Below the pieces are notes generated by a model. It was not told the DNA's origin, searched no databases, and saw only the letters and a list, made by a program, of their open reading frames with translations. Shown here piece by piece: positions 39,120-49,321 of a stretch of 64,000 nt of DNA. Location of the stretch: NCBI GenBank assembly GCA_047150005.1, contig AP038806.1, positions 1,824,001-1,888,000 of the forward strand, written 5' to 3'. The DNA comes from Nitrospira sp. GTDB lineage: Bacteria > Nitrospirota > Nitrospiria > Nitrospirales > Nitrospiraceae. The translations under genes and the position numbers were made by a program. The first letter of the stretch is position 1, and the number at the start of each line of letters is the position of its first letter.

Positions 39120-39730
39120 GTCGAGGATCTCGGGACGCTCAACCAGCCGGCCGTCGGCTTGTAACAGCCCGCGGAGAACTCCATCTTCATGGCTTCTTCC
39201 GGCAAGAGATTGAGGTGACGCAGCTTGTACTCCGGGATAAAGGCCAGGTAACCGGTGAAGGGATGAATGGCAGTCGGAACGAAGACCATCGTCAGGGTGA
39301 CCGCGGGATCCACCTGAACCGCAGCCGGTGCCACCCCCATCACGAATCCCAGCGCCCACAAGCCGTCGCGGGGAAACGGGAAGGCCACTACCGTACTGCG
39401 ACCGAATCGGGAGCGGAACTGAAAGAGATCCGTCATGCCCTTGAGCGTCAGGTAGATGCTGCGGATGAGCGGCAGGCTTTCAATCCACCGTTCTGCTTTG
39501 GTCAAGACCCGTCGCCCCAACATCCGTGTCGCCAGGGCGCCGGTCAAGAGCACCAGGAGAAAGAACAGGACCAGGCCCATCAGCGGTGTTTCGGAAAGGC
39601 GGAAATGTTGCATGAGCTCCCCGATCATCTGGTTGACGGTCGAGATAAGCGCAGAGAGGATCAAAAACGTGATCCAAGCCGGCACCAGGATCAGCAACCC
39701 GGCGAGGGAATACCGCCACCAGACGTTCAT
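39116..39730 (-). CDS. DUF502 family membrane protein
   Basis: GLLILVP..IT, LPLIRSIY, VFVPTAIHPFTGY, EAMKM..SAG. Confidence 0.85.
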   Translation of the reverse strand: MNVWWRYSLAGLLILVPAWITFLILSALISTVNQMIGELMQHFRLSETPLMGLVLFFLLVLLTGALATRMLGRRVLTKAERWIESLPLIRSIYLTLKGMTDLFQFRSRFGRSTVVAFPFPRDGLWALGFVMGVAPAAVQVDPAVTLTMVFVPTAIHPFTGYLAFIPEYKLRHLNLLPEEAMKMEFSAGCYKPTAGWLSVPRSST

Positions 39731-39865
39731 GAAGCCTCCGTGTTGGTCGTAGTGTAACAGAAACGTGTATGGAATGGAGCGACGTATGAGACTTGCACTC
39801 AAGGGGAACAGTACCCTATTCTATCGACCGATTGATCGTTACCTCGCCCTTTGCAGGAGTGACGT

Positions 39866-40156
39866 ATGACGGACGATGGAGGGAGTCGGCGCTCCGCGCA
39901 TCTCGATAAAGCGCTATTGTCGATCCTCTGCTGTCCGGAAACCAAGCTCGATGTGAGTTTGGCCGACCAAGTCTTGATCGACAGGATCAACGAGGCGGTG
40001 GGTCGGGGAACCGTGAAGAACAAGGGGAAGAAACCTGTGACGGAGCTGCTGGATGGAGGGCTGGTCCGTGCAGACAGAAAGATTCTCTATCCGATTCGCG
40101 AAGACATCCCCGTCATGCTGATCGAAGAAGCCATCCCGCTCGACGAATTCGCCTAG
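39866..40156 (+). CDS. Trm112-family protein
   Basis: LLSILCCPETK...YPIREDIPVMLIEEA. Confidence 0.85.
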   Translation: MTDDGGSRRSAHLDKALLSILCCPETKLDVSLADQVLIDRINEAVGRGTVKNKGKKPVTELLDGGLVRADRKILYPIREDIPVMLIEEAIPLDEFA

Positions 40157-40207
40157 ATCCGGGTCTTCTCCGCCACGGCGAACTGTGCGGCCTTTGCACG
40201 ACCTGCC

Positions 40208-40474
40208 TTACGATGCAGTCTTCGATCCGGTGGACGTTCCGCACTGCTGGCACAAATACTCGTAAAGATCCCCCGTCGGCAACACCAGGAGCAGTCGCTC
40301 GCGTGTCGGTGTGGCCACACGGCAACGGGGACAGTACAGCAGCGACGCATTCAGGGATCGGAACTGCTCGGGTCGCTCGGCCGCCTCGGGTCGTAGCGCT
40401 TGATCCGGCCGAAGCGACCTTCCGGGGATGACTGGACGGCCGGGGCGTCGGGGTGGAAGAGACATGGACGGCAT
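40208..40474 (-). CDS. Small zinc-ribbon protein (start uncertain)
   Basis: CPRC-x(21)-CQQC. Confidence 0.7.
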   Translation of the reverse strand: MPSMSLPPRRPGRPVIPGRSLRPDQALRPEAAERPEQFRSLNASLLYCPRCRVATPTRERLLLVLPTGDLYEYLCQQCGTSTGSKTAS

Positions 40475-40525
40475 TGTAAAGCGGCCGTCACGAGCCGGTC
40501 AACTTCAGGGCTCTGGTGACGGCCG

Positions 40526-40759
40526 TCACCATGAGAAAGGATCGGGCCGTTCCTTGGATCGAGCTTGGGAATCCCGACGAGCCATCTTCCAGATAAGCCG
40601 CCCGCACTGGACGACCGCATAGACCAAGAGCCCGCTGAGCAGACCGTAGAACCCAGCCGTACTCCAGGGCCAGAGGTCAGGAGCATGCAGCATCACGCCG
40701 AGCGCGATATGGCCGCCCACTCCGAGACAGAGAGCGAAGATGATCCACTCGCGCAACAT
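40526..40759 (-). CDS. Small two-TM membrane protein
   Basis: Two hydrophobic helices and basic C-tail. Confidence 0.55.
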   Translation of the reverse strand: MLREWIIFALCLGVGGHIALGVMLHAPDLWPWSTAGFYGLLSGLLVYAVVQCGRLIWKMARRDSQARSKERPDPFSW

Positions 40760-40809
40760 GGCGTTTCCGGCCCGCCGGGTGCTCTGATAAAGCAAGACTG
40801 ACGCGAGGA

Positions 40810-41181
40810 TTATGCCGCTGGGGTCTTGGCTGATTCGATCTCTGTGGCCGTGATCAGGCTGGAGAGGTAATCGGCAACAAAATTCAGGGCTTCCTCTCGA
40901 CCATCCGCCCGGCGCCCTTTCTCGCGACGCTGGACCGACAATTCGTGATCAAGATCTGACTTCACCTCGGTAAGCACCCGCTGCAAAGACGAAGGAGTCA
41001 GGTTGGCGTCCATGTCCTCCAACTCTTGGCATCGATCCAGCACCCAATTGAGCCCCTCAATCCGCCCGGCGTAATGCTCCTGTTCGGCCGTATCGATTCG
41101 GGCCATGGTAGTGGCGAAGGTCTGGGCTTCGTACACAAGATTGTAGAAGCTCGTAACGGCCCGCTGTAACGTCGGATTCAT
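40810..41181 (-). CDS. Hypothetical helical protein
   Basis: AAGGAG RBS, TATAAT upstream; internal duplicated motif GR(I/E)E(G/A)LN(W/F)V. Confidence 0.7.
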   Translation of the reverse strand: MNPTLQRAVTSFYNLVYEAQTFATTMARIDTAEQEHYAGRIEGLNWVLDRCQELEDMDANLTPSSLQRVLTEVKSDLDHELSVQRREKGRRADGREEALNFVADYLSSLITATEIESAKTPAA

Positions 41182-41272
41182 AGCGCTCCTTTAGAAGTTC
41201 AAACGCAACGAGTTAACCACCCAATTATACACGAGAATCCGACGGCAACAAGGGAAATTTTTAGGGATCTGT

Positions 41273-41602
41273 TTATGTGAACAGCAGCGAATGGAATTCG
41301 TTCATGAAGCCGTAATAGAGAGGGGCGAAATCCTTGAGGCTGTCGGGGCTGGTTTCTTTGAGCCGCTTAAAGAAAAACACTTGCGCTCTGGGATCGAGTT
41401 GCTCGAGGAGATGACTGAGTTGCGCCATCGTGTAGCTGCCGGCCGGGACACTGAGAACGTAGTGGACGAGCCGTTCGACGAACTGTTGAGCCAGATACTC
41501 CGTTGGAAGGTATCCATCCGGCAGCTTGCCTGCCGCCAAGAATTCATCGAAAGGGATGGCCTGAGCGGCAAATGGAATCGACTGCTCCTGACGGAAGGTC
41601 AC
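41273..41602 (-). CDS. Hypothetical protein
   Basis: Clean 109-aa ORF, co-oriented with neighbours. Confidence 0.65.
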   Translation of the reverse strand: MTFRQEQSIPFAAQAIPFDEFLAAGKLPDGYLPTEYLAQQFVERLVHYVLSVPAGSYTMAQLSHLLEQLDPRAQVFFFKRLKETSPDSLKDFAPLYYGFMNEFHSLLFT

Positions 41603-41840
41603 GCTTTCGGCCCTCAGGGATCAACGTGCGCCTGCAATGGCTTGAATCAACTCTACTGGACCCCTGGAGGACGGTCAAGTGCACAGAAGCAGCAGAGGTG
41701 TCTGAGCCGAAAGACCGGTGTGCCGAGGCATCCAGGCCCGGTCGCCCGAACGCTCCGCCGCTCCGGTCATTCTCAGGCTGCTTTCGTGGCGCTGACCCCT
41801 TGGCTGAGCTCGTTGTCATACCGGGCGTGTTCCGCCTTGC

Positions 41841-41869
41841 TTGACAGCCTATGCCGCGCTCAGTAGAAT
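41841..41869 (+). promoter_or_regulatory. sigma70 promoter of tRNA-Gly
   Basis: TTGACA-17-TAGAAT. Confidence 0.7.
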
Positions 41870-41898
41870 CCGATCCTCCTCAACAACTCTGGTTTTGA

Positions 41899-41973
41899 GC
41901 GGGAATAGCTCAGTGGTAGAGCATCGCCTTGCCAAGGCGAGGGTCGAGGGTTCAAATCCCTTTTCCCGCTCCA
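41899..41973 (+). tRNA. tRNA-Gly(GCC)
   Basis: GCGGGAA...TTCCCGC-T-CCA; anticodon arm TCGCC-TTGCCAA-GGCGA. Confidence 0.97.
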
Positions 41974-42085
41974 ATTCTTCCTTCCGAATGTCCTCGATCC
42001 ATAGATAGGAGCTCGACCGTCGCCCGAGACGTCATTCCTGCTTTGTCTCCCCTCATTGTCTCTATCATGTCTGCCTGATAGCTAG

Positions 42086-43263
42086 GGAAGGTCTGATTTA
42101 TTCCTCTTCCGAGATATGCTAAGGATGGCGCCTCACTTCTGAGGAGGCACCCCCATGCCGCAACAGACCTTTGCCGAGGGCACGTTCGAACAGTATCGCA
42201 AACCCACCCGCCGCGAGCGGTTCCTCGACGAGATGGATCGCGTGGTGCCGTGGGCGGAGTTGGTGGCCGTGATCGAGCCGGTCTATCCCAAGGCCGAGGG
42301 CCCGGGGCGTCCACCGATCGGGATCGAACGCATGCTGCGCCTCCATTGTCTGCAACAATGGTTCAACCTGTCGGACCCCGCCGTGGAGGAAGCGTTGTAC
42401 GACTCGCGGGCCATGCGGCAGTTCGTGGGCATTGATCTGGGCCGTGAGCCCGTGCCCGACGAGACGACCATCTGCAAGTTTCGGCATCTCTTGGAGGCCC
42501 ACGAGTTGGGGAAACAGCTCTTTGCGCGGATCGGCACGTATCTGGCGGCGCAGGGCTTGACCGTGAGCCGGGGCACCATCGTGGATGCCACCATTATCAG
42601 TGCCCCCAGTTCGACGAAGAATCGTACGAAGGAGCGGGATCCGGAGATGCATCAGACAAAGAAGGGAAACCAGTGGTACTTCGGCATGAAGGCCCATATT
42701 GGCGTGGACAGCCGCACCAAGCTGATTCATTCGGTCGCGGCCACGGCGGCGAATATCCATGACAGTCAGGTGTTGCCCAAACTGCTGCATGGGCAGGAGA
42801 CCCGGGTGTGGGGCGACTCAGCTTATAGCGGGCAACGTGACGTGATGCAGCGCCACGCCCCCAGGGCCAAGAGCTTCGTGCAGACGAAAGCCCATCGCCA
42901 TCAGCCGCTGAGTGAACCGGAGCGGGCCAGGAACCGGACGAAGTCGAAGGTCCGTGCGAAGGTCGAACATGTGTTCTTGGTGATGAAGCGGATCTTCGGC
43001 TGGGCCAAAGTCCGGTACCGTGGGTTGGCGAAGAACACCCACTGGCTCCAGATCAGCTGCGGCTTGGCCAATCTGTACATGGTGCGGCGACGGCTTTTGG
43101 CGGAGACGTAGGGAACGGGGGTCCGGAGACTGGCAACGAGCCATCGGACGGTGGGTGCGCCCCATGAACAGGCTCCCGGACCAGCGGATGCCTACCGGAT
43201 TCGTCCTGCTGATCAGCCCAGGAACAAATTTCTGAGTGGAAATGTGAATAAATCAGACCTTCC
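42086..43263 (+). mobile_element. Complete IS5-family insertion sequence (1178 bp)
   Basis: Perfect 18-bp IRs GGAAGGTCTGATTTATTC; CTAG direct repeats at 42082-85 and 43264-67. Confidence 0.97.
42155..43111 (+). CDS. IS5-family DDE transposase
   Basis: QQWFNLSDPAVEEALYD, PDETTI, VDATII, GDSAY, RAKVEHVF, YRGLAKN. Confidence 0.97.
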   Translation: MPQQTFAEGTFEQYRKPTRRERFLDEMDRVVPWAELVAVIEPVYPKAEGPGRPPIGIERMLRLHCLQQWFNLSDPAVEEALYDSRAMRQFVGIDLGREPVPDETTICKFRHLLEAHELGKQLFARIGTYLAAQGLTVSRGTIVDATIISAPSSTKNRTKERDPEMHQTKKGNQWYFGMKAHIGVDSRTKLIHSVAATAANIHDSQVLPKLLHGQETRVWGDSAYSGQRDVMQRHAPRAKSFVQTKAHRHQPLSEPERARNRTKSKVRAKVEHVFLVMKRIFGWAKVRYRGLAKNTHWLQISCGLANLYMVRRRLLAET

Positions 43264-43322
43264 CTAGGTGTGGATCGTGTCGCCATCCGGCGCGGTCTGC
43301 CCCGGATCAGAAGGCGTAACAG

Positions 43323-45518
43323 CTAGGAAGGACGACCTGGGAGTCGCTGAAGCGCGCGGAGCTGTTGTTCGGCATACGCCAGTTCCTCTGCCGTGAGTTG
43401 GATGTTGCTGAATCGTCCACGGCTATAGAGCTCCGTCAATTGCGAAACCCCTTCAGCAGCGCTCGCCCACTTGGTTGCGACCAATCGTGCGAATTCGAGC
43501 GGTGTCGTGGCGGGAGGCTTCGTGAACCCAGCCTGCGCGACCGTGTGGACCATCTGTTTGTAGATCTTGGTGATCCTCGACTGCTGCCGCTGCGTTTGAA
43601 GCTCCGGGGTGGCGAGAACGCGCAGCATCTTCCTCAGCAGGATGGCAAGGGCGCCAGCACCCAGCAGAGTCATGACGATGAGCGTGACGACGCCGTCCTC
43701 CGCCGCCTGCGCCGGTATGCGCTCCAAGACGGTGAGAACTCTGTTCCCGGTCAGATCCAGCGAGGCGATCCATCGACCGGTCAGATCGCGAACGGCGTCG
43801 CCGATGTCCCGGAGGCTGTGAATCATCGCAAACTGATCCCTCACGCTGTACCGGATGAAGAGGCGATCCCAGTAGAGCCGCAGCGACTCGCTGGCCCGAA
43901 ACAGCGCGTTCAAACTTGATGGGGCGGCGGACGCTCCCGTTGGTGGAGTGGGGTCGAACGTCGTCCAGCCTGATTGGGGAAAGTAGACTTCCACCCAGGC
44001 ATGAGCATCACGCTGCCGGACGGTGAAATACCCGGCGAACTGGTTCCATTCCGTGGCCAGAAATCCCGTGACCAGGCGCGCCGGGATGCCGAGGGATCGC
44101 AGCATGACGACCATCGCCGTGGCGTAATGTTCGCAGTACCCGGACTTGCGGGTAAGAAGGAAATCCTCAAGGGGGTGGAGCGACGTCGTCGTTTCGAGAT
44201 CGAGACTGTAGCGATAGGTATGGAGGAGATGCTGCTGGATTGCCAGGATTCGATCGAACGGCGCGCGGGCATCCCGTACGACATGCTGGGTCAATTTGAG
44301 GATTCCATCGGACAAGTCCGGAAGAGACAGGTACCGTTCCGTCACGGGGCGAGGATAGTCCAATACCATGGCATGTTTCTCATCATCGTCGACGTGGTAC
44401 ACCCGCGATGTGACGGAATACCTGATGCGAGAGGAGGCGGGAAACGGCAGATAAAGCGCTCCCATCCCGTCGGATTGTACGCCGGCAAGATCGCCGCTCA
44501 GATACTCCGCAAAGGGGACCGCGAAGAGCACCGCGGTGTCGAGGGCTTCCAGCAAAATGTCCTGTTGGATGGAGACCGAGGCGACCTGTGCCTGTCGCGC
44601 TCCGGACGGACGGACGACAAATGTCCCGTCGCCGAAGGTTCCGAGATTGCGGCGTCGGATATTCCCGGTGCTCCAGGATCTCCCGTCATATTGATCGTAG
44701 GCAACGCCTCGCAGATACAATCGGTCCGGCACGCCGGCGGGGTGATCCGGAAGTTCGACCCGCATGACCACTTGAGGATCCTGCTTCACCGATCCGATCA
44801 TGCCCAGGTCGACCCGTTCCGCGAAGCCCGTGGTTTTCAGTCCCTCGCCGCGGGACTTCTGAAGGATCCCGACACCGATTCGCGGCAGCAGAAAGAAGAT
44901 GACGAGCGTCAGGCCGAATGTGGCGACGGCGATTCCGTTGGTCAACCAGAAGAATCGACCGCTAATGCTCATGGACGAAGCGGCGCGTTCTCGAGACGGC
45001 GCGGCGGGCGCACCGGTGCGAGTTGTCGCCGCCGCAGCGGCCGGATGCGCGCCTGTCAGATGATAGAGCAGCAGCGTCCACACCGCGGTGAGGAGATACG
45101 AAACAAATACGGCAATGAACCAGGCCTCCGTCGTCAACGCTGCGGAAGCCAGAATGGCCATAAGGCTGATCGCGTATAGTTGGCGAAAGTCGCGACGTTC
45201 TTCCAGCGAGGTCAGTTTGATGATGAGCAGGACGACCAGGAAATGGATGCCCGACGTCAAGAGTTCGCGAGACACCGCGATCAGGTCGATAAGGAAGAAC
45301 GCGAATGCCGAGAGCAAGGCCAGGCTGCGTAAACCGGCCGGGGTCCCGGCAGGTCGAGGAACGACCGCGATCCCTGCGGCATCGAGCACGGCAAGGGTCA
45401 GCGCGAGTCCCGTCATGAGGGCGAGCCAAGCAGGGAGACCATGGCCCAGAATCACTCCGGAGAAGGCGGTGGCCGCCAACAGCAGCGAGCTCAATTTGAA
45501 GGCTTGCTCAAAAGGCAT
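43323..45518 (-). CDS. Transglutaminase TgpA-like membrane protein (DUF3488-TGase-DUF4129)
   Basis: Multi-TM N-terminus; GYCEHYATAM, HAWVEVY, FDPTP triad. Confidence 0.92.
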   Translation of the reverse strand: MPFEQAFKLSSLLLAATAFSGVILGHGLPAWLALMTGLALTLAVLDAAGIAVVPRPAGTPAGLRSLALLSAFAFFLIDLIAVSRELLTSGIHFLVVLLIIKLTSLEERRDFRQLYAISLMAILASAALTTEAWFIAVFVSYLLTAVWTLLLYHLTGAHPAAAAATTRTGAPAAPSRERAASSMSISGRFFWLTNGIAVATFGLTLVIFFLLPRIGVGILQKSRGEGLKTTGFAERVDLGMIGSVKQDPQVVMRVELPDHPAGVPDRLYLRGVAYDQYDGRSWSTGNIRRRNLGTFGDGTFVVRPSGARQAQVASVSIQQDILLEALDTAVLFAVPFAEYLSGDLAGVQSDGMGALYLPFPASSRIRYSVTSRVYHVDDDEKHAMVLDYPRPVTERYLSLPDLSDGILKLTQHVVRDARAPFDRILAIQQHLLHTYRYSLDLETTTSLHPLEDFLLTRKSGYCEHYATAMVVMLRSLGIPARLVTGFLATEWNQFAGYFTVRQRDAHAWVEVYFPQSGWTTFDPTPPTGASAAPSSLNALFRASESLRLYWDRLFIRYSVRDQFAMIHSLRDIGDAVRDLTGRWIASLDLTGNRVLTVLERIPAQAAEDGVVTLIVMTLLGAGALAILLRKMLRVLATPELQTQRQQSRITKIYKQMVHTVAQAGFTKPPATTPLEFARLVATKWASAAEGVSQLTELYSRGRFSNIQLTAEELAYAEQQLRALQRLPGRPS

Positions 45519-46644
45519 GGGTCAGGTCCTCGAGCTGGGCTCCCTCGACGATACGATCAGCCGCGATCGTCGTCCCGCCCCCGTCCGGATCCGTCCATGG
45601 GACGACGGCCAACACATAGCCTGGATCGCTGTCCAGAAGTGCCGACACATCCGGTCCGCTGCCCGGTGGCCCCGTCGGACAGCGCCGACACAAGGCAAGC
45701 AGCCGCATCATGGCCAACAGATGCTCGGAGCCGGCTCCCTGGCCGGAGTCCTCCTCCCCGACGAGGAGCCGAAGAGGAAAATTCCGCTGGGTCAATTGCC
45801 AGAGCAGGGAGGCGACGAGCGTGACGCTCCGTTCAAACAAGGCATCGAGATGGTCGGGAGCCGTGCAGGAAAGGATAATGGTAACGCGTCGCTGGTCCTC
45901 GGCTTCGGTTTCACGCACGATCAGCTGCGCCGTCCGCGCCGTCGTCATCCAGTGAATCGCCCGGGAGTCGTCTCCCGGTTGGTACAACCGCAGGTTATAG
46001 AGCTGCGTCCCGTGGCCCCGGCGAGGCAGGGGCCGGCCCTGTCCTTCGCTGACCAGCTCGTCGACAAAGCGGACCGACAGCGGTTTGACCGGCGGTCCGA
46101 CCAGGACCTCGGTGGCCACAGGATAGAGCGCGCGTTTCAAGAACAGTCCGAACGGGAACAGTGTCTCGGCCCGGATCTGCTCCAGGACGATGCGTCCTCG
46201 CTTCGTCGCCAGCAGAGGATAGGACAAGAGGACGGAGCGCTGCGCGGGCAACTGCCGGACGAAGAGCCCCCGATCGATGTCCGCTCCGCCGAGGACATCG
46301 AACAGGCGCAGTGAAAAGCTGGACAAATGCCTGTTGCGATTCGTCACCGAGAGGGACACCGTCGCAGGGTCATGAGCCATGATGAGATCCGGAGCATGTC
46401 GGTGAAACAACAGACGCCGGAGGCAATGTTCGGAGAGGAATCCGGAGATGATGATCAAGCTCAGCATCAGCGCCAGCAACAGGTAGAACAGGTTGTTGCC
46501 CGTGTTGATGGCGGCGACGCCGATGGCCACGGTGAAGAAGAGAAAGCGGATGCCCTCAGGAGTCAGACGGATCGACCGGCGGGTGGCGAATAGGCGAAGG
46601 CTCGCGCAGAGGAGGTCACGGTAGTGTCGGAGGCCGCGCGTCAT
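45508..46644 (-). CDS. DUF58 domain protein
   Basis: AAINTGNNL, FPFGLF, LRLYQPGDDSRAIHW..TAR. Confidence 0.92.
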   Translation of the reverse strand: MTRGLRHYRDLLCASLRLFATRRSIRLTPEGIRFLFFTVAIGVAAINTGNNLFYLLLALMLSLIIISGFLSEHCLRRLLFHRHAPDLIMAHDPATVSLSVTNRNRHLSSFSLRLFDVLGGADIDRGLFVRQLPAQRSVLLSYPLLATKRGRIVLEQIRAETLFPFGLFLKRALYPVATEVLVGPPVKPLSVRFVDELVSEGQGRPLPRRGHGTQLYNLRLYQPGDDSRAIHWMTTARTAQLIVRETEAEDQRRVTIILSCTAPDHLDALFERSVTLVASLLWQLTQRNFPLRLLVGEEDSGQGAGSEHLLAMMRLLALCRRCPTGPPGSGPDVSALLDSDPGYVLAVVPWTDPDGGGTTIAADRIVEGAQLEDLTHAF

Positions 46645-46771
46645 CAGATCCCCTGATGCGATCACCGTAGAGAGGCCGGAGCCCGGCAGTTGTCCCGAGA
46701 CGGCCGGGGCGATGGACGCCGAGCCGCGGCGAAGCGCTATGCCGTGGAATCAGGGCGAGTGTCCATTGTGT

Positions 46772-47713
46772 TCAGACGGGCACGGGAACCGTGTCCACGA
46801 TATCGAGAATAATGCGCTCAGCCTGTTCGAAGCCGTGTGCACGCATTCCGTGGGCGCGATTGAGCATGACTCGATGCGACAACACGATGGGAGACAATTC
46901 CTTGATGTCGTCGGGCAGGCAATAGTCTCTGCCTCGCACGCAGGCCAGGGCTTTCGCCGTCTTGCTGAGAGCCAGCGCGCCCCTGGTGCTGACGCCCAGG
47001 GAGAGGAGTTCGCTGTGACGCGTCGCCTGCACGAGGGCCAACAGGTAATCGGTCAGCGTGTCATCCATATGGATCTGATCTACGCGCCGTTGCAGGGCCA
47101 GTACCCCTTCCACCGAGAGGACGGGATCGAGTACTTCCGCCGGATGCAGGGCGTGAGGTCTGTCCAGCACCTTGCGCTCTTCTTCCGGCGACGGATACCC
47201 GAGACGGAGACGCATGAGGAATCGGTCGAGCTGGGATTCCGGAAGGGGGAAAGTGCCGTGGTACTCGGCGGGATTCTGCGTGGCGATGACCATGAACGGC
47301 TGCTGGAGAGGATGGGTCTGATTGTCGACGGAGATTTGCGCTTCGCTCATCGCCTCCAACAGGCTACTTTGGGTTTTCGGGGTCGTGCGATTGATTTCAT
47401 CCGCGAGGACGATATTCGAGAAAATGGGGCCGGGCATGAATTCGAAGCCCTGTTTCTGGCGGTTGAAGATCGAGACTCCGACGATGTCGGAGGGCAGCAG
47501 ATCGCTGGTGAACTGGATCCGCTTGAACGAGCAAGCCAAAGATCGGGCCAGGCTATGCGCCAGGGTCGTTTTCCCGACGCCGGGGACGTCCTCCAGCAGC
47601 AGATGGCCGCGCGCCAACAGACAGACCACCGCCATCTCGATGGCTTGCGCCTTTCCCTTGATGACGCGGGCAATATTGTCCTGAATGACTTGAATGGTCT
47701 GGGATGAATTCAT
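46772..47713 (-). CDS. MoxR family AAA+ ATPase
   Basis: EDVPGVGKT, RIQFTSDLLPSD, DEINR, ATQNP, FPLPESQLDRF. Confidence 0.95.
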   Translation of the reverse strand: MNSSQTIQVIQDNIARVIKGKAQAIEMAVVCLLARGHLLLEDVPGVGKTTLAHSLARSLACSFKRIQFTSDLLPSDIVGVSIFNRQKQGFEFMPGPIFSNIVLADEINRTTPKTQSSLLEAMSEAQISVDNQTHPLQQPFMVIATQNPAEYHGTFPLPESQLDRFLMRLRLGYPSPEEERKVLDRPHALHPAEVLDPVLSVEGVLALQRRVDQIHMDDTLTDYLLALVQATRHSELLSLGVSTRGALALSKTAKALACVRGRDYCLPDDIKELSPIVLSHRVMLNRAHGMRAHGFEQAERIILDIVDTVPVPV

Positions 47714-47870
47714 GTCGAAGATGAGGTGCGGTAAAGAATCTGGGGTTGACACGGCCGTGACACCGTGGAGTCTAACAAAGGGTGTGGAGACGGTCAATTT
47801 AACGGCCGATTTTGGCAGCGCAGCGGGCAGGGTGCAGCAGTGACGAGGAGGAGCCGCAGAGGCTGCGCCG

Positions 47871-49187
47871 TCAGCGCGCGGGAATGAGCGTCAGCATCCA
47901 AGGAGGGGCTTCTTCTACCATGACCGGAAATTTGCGGGCGGTGCTGCTGGCCGGCATCCCACTGAACAAGGCGCCGCGCCGAACCTGAATGGACTGGAAG
48001 GCGTAGTGGGCGGCATGAGGAGAGTGAACGGGCAGTACGCGGGGGATCTGGCGACGCAACGGCGCGCAATCGGCCAAACTCAAGGATGCGCCAAGGCCGA
48101 GCTGCGAGAGGCGTGGGTAGATATCCGCGAAGACCGTCTGGATCATGTCTAGCGTGAAGGGGCGGTTCGGCGGTCGATACTGCGGTCCCTCCAGCACCTG
48201 GGACACCAGTTCCCAGAACACCTGATCATCCACGGCGCCAAGGATGCAGATCTGCCCCCGCCGGGAGAGGAGATCGAGCAATGCCAGCGGGCCGCGGATG
48301 TCGAACTTCCACGGCGGAAAGAGCAAGGACCTCTCGCCGTGGCGTACTTCAAGCGCCGGTTCTCCGTCATAGTCCGTCTGATGATAGAGCCCCTTGGTCC
48401 GTTGCAACTCTTCGGCGATGACGTCCTGACCAAGACGCGTGGGTTCATACGCGAAGGTCGGTGTCGCCGGTGCCCAGCAGGTGACGAGGGTATAGCAGGG
48501 GACGAGCTTACCGGATCGGTCCAGACGCTCCAGTGCAAACATGTCCTGACCGGAAAAGAATTGAAATGAAAGATCCGGGCGGGACCGCAGCCGATCCAGC
48601 GTCGTTCGATCCGGGTGCAGCGGGCCACCGAGCTTGGATTGAGCGTGAAGTCGATCGACACCATGAAGTACCAACGTCTTGCCCTGCGCTCGCGCGGCCG
48701 CGGCGTAACGATCCGCCAATTCGCCTGCGAACGAGAGATCGCCGGCACCGAGGTCCAGCAGGGAGGGGGCATCGGCGGCAAGGAGGGCGTCGAATGGGCT
48801 GGTTTCGTCTTGGACAGCGGCCTCCAGAACCGTCGCGGGCAAGGAGGAGGCGGCCGCGGGGAACTCGGAACTGCCGGCCAGATCGAACCAGACGCAAAGC
48901 GCCCTCACGGCTTTGGTGGGGGGCAGTCCCGTCAGCTCCTTCAACCTGGGACCAGGGAGATCCTGGATCCGTTCGACATGACCGAAATTCAATGCGGTCA
49001 GGATCGCCTCGCAAATGGAAGGCGGAAGGTCCACGCGACGGACTTCTTCGGTCAAACGCTGGAGTGTCTCCGGCAGCCGACCGGCCCCCACCAATTTGCG
49101 GGAGCTTTCCCATTCAAGGTCGCGCTCCTGCAGGAGTCTGGTCACCTGTGAGCGAAAGTCTGCCAATGCCTGGGCTTGGGGATTCAT
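47871..49187 (-). CDS. Hypothetical protein with class I SAM-methyltransferase-like motif
   Basis: 'LLDLGAGDLSF...LHGVD' motif I/II-like after a helical N-terminal domain. Confidence 0.6.
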   Translation of the reverse strand: MNPQAQALADFRSQVTRLLQERDLEWESSRKLVGAGRLPETLQRLTEEVRRVDLPPSICEAILTALNFGHVERIQDLPGPRLKELTGLPPTKAVRALCVWFDLAGSSEFPAAASSLPATVLEAAVQDETSPFDALLAADAPSLLDLGAGDLSFAGELADRYAAAARAQGKTLVLHGVDRLHAQSKLGGPLHPDRTTLDRLRSRPDLSFQFFSGQDMFALERLDRSGKLVPCYTLVTCWAPATPTFAYEPTRLGQDVIAEELQRTKGLYHQTDYDGEPALEVRHGERSLLFPPWKFDIRGPLALLDLLSRRGQICILGAVDDQVFWELVSQVLEGPQYRPPNRPFTLDMIQTVFADIYPRLSQLGLGASLSLADCAPLRRQIPRVLPVHSPHAAHYAFQSIQVRRGALFSGMPASSTARKFPVMVEEAPPWMLTLIPAR

Positions 49188-49321
49188 GACGATCGGGGTG
49201 TTTCGCACGGGTCAGGATGGAGACGCTGTTCAGAGGGCATTCGGCAGCATAGCGATCCTCGCAATGGAGGGTCAAGGTCGGCGGTTGCCGTCGACCGGGA
49301 CCTATGTTAGGGGTGAAGGTC

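Noticed and set aside
41899..43320. Prophage/genomic island integrated at tRNA-Gly
   Set aside because: No integrase and no duplicated tRNA 3' end seen; only an IS5
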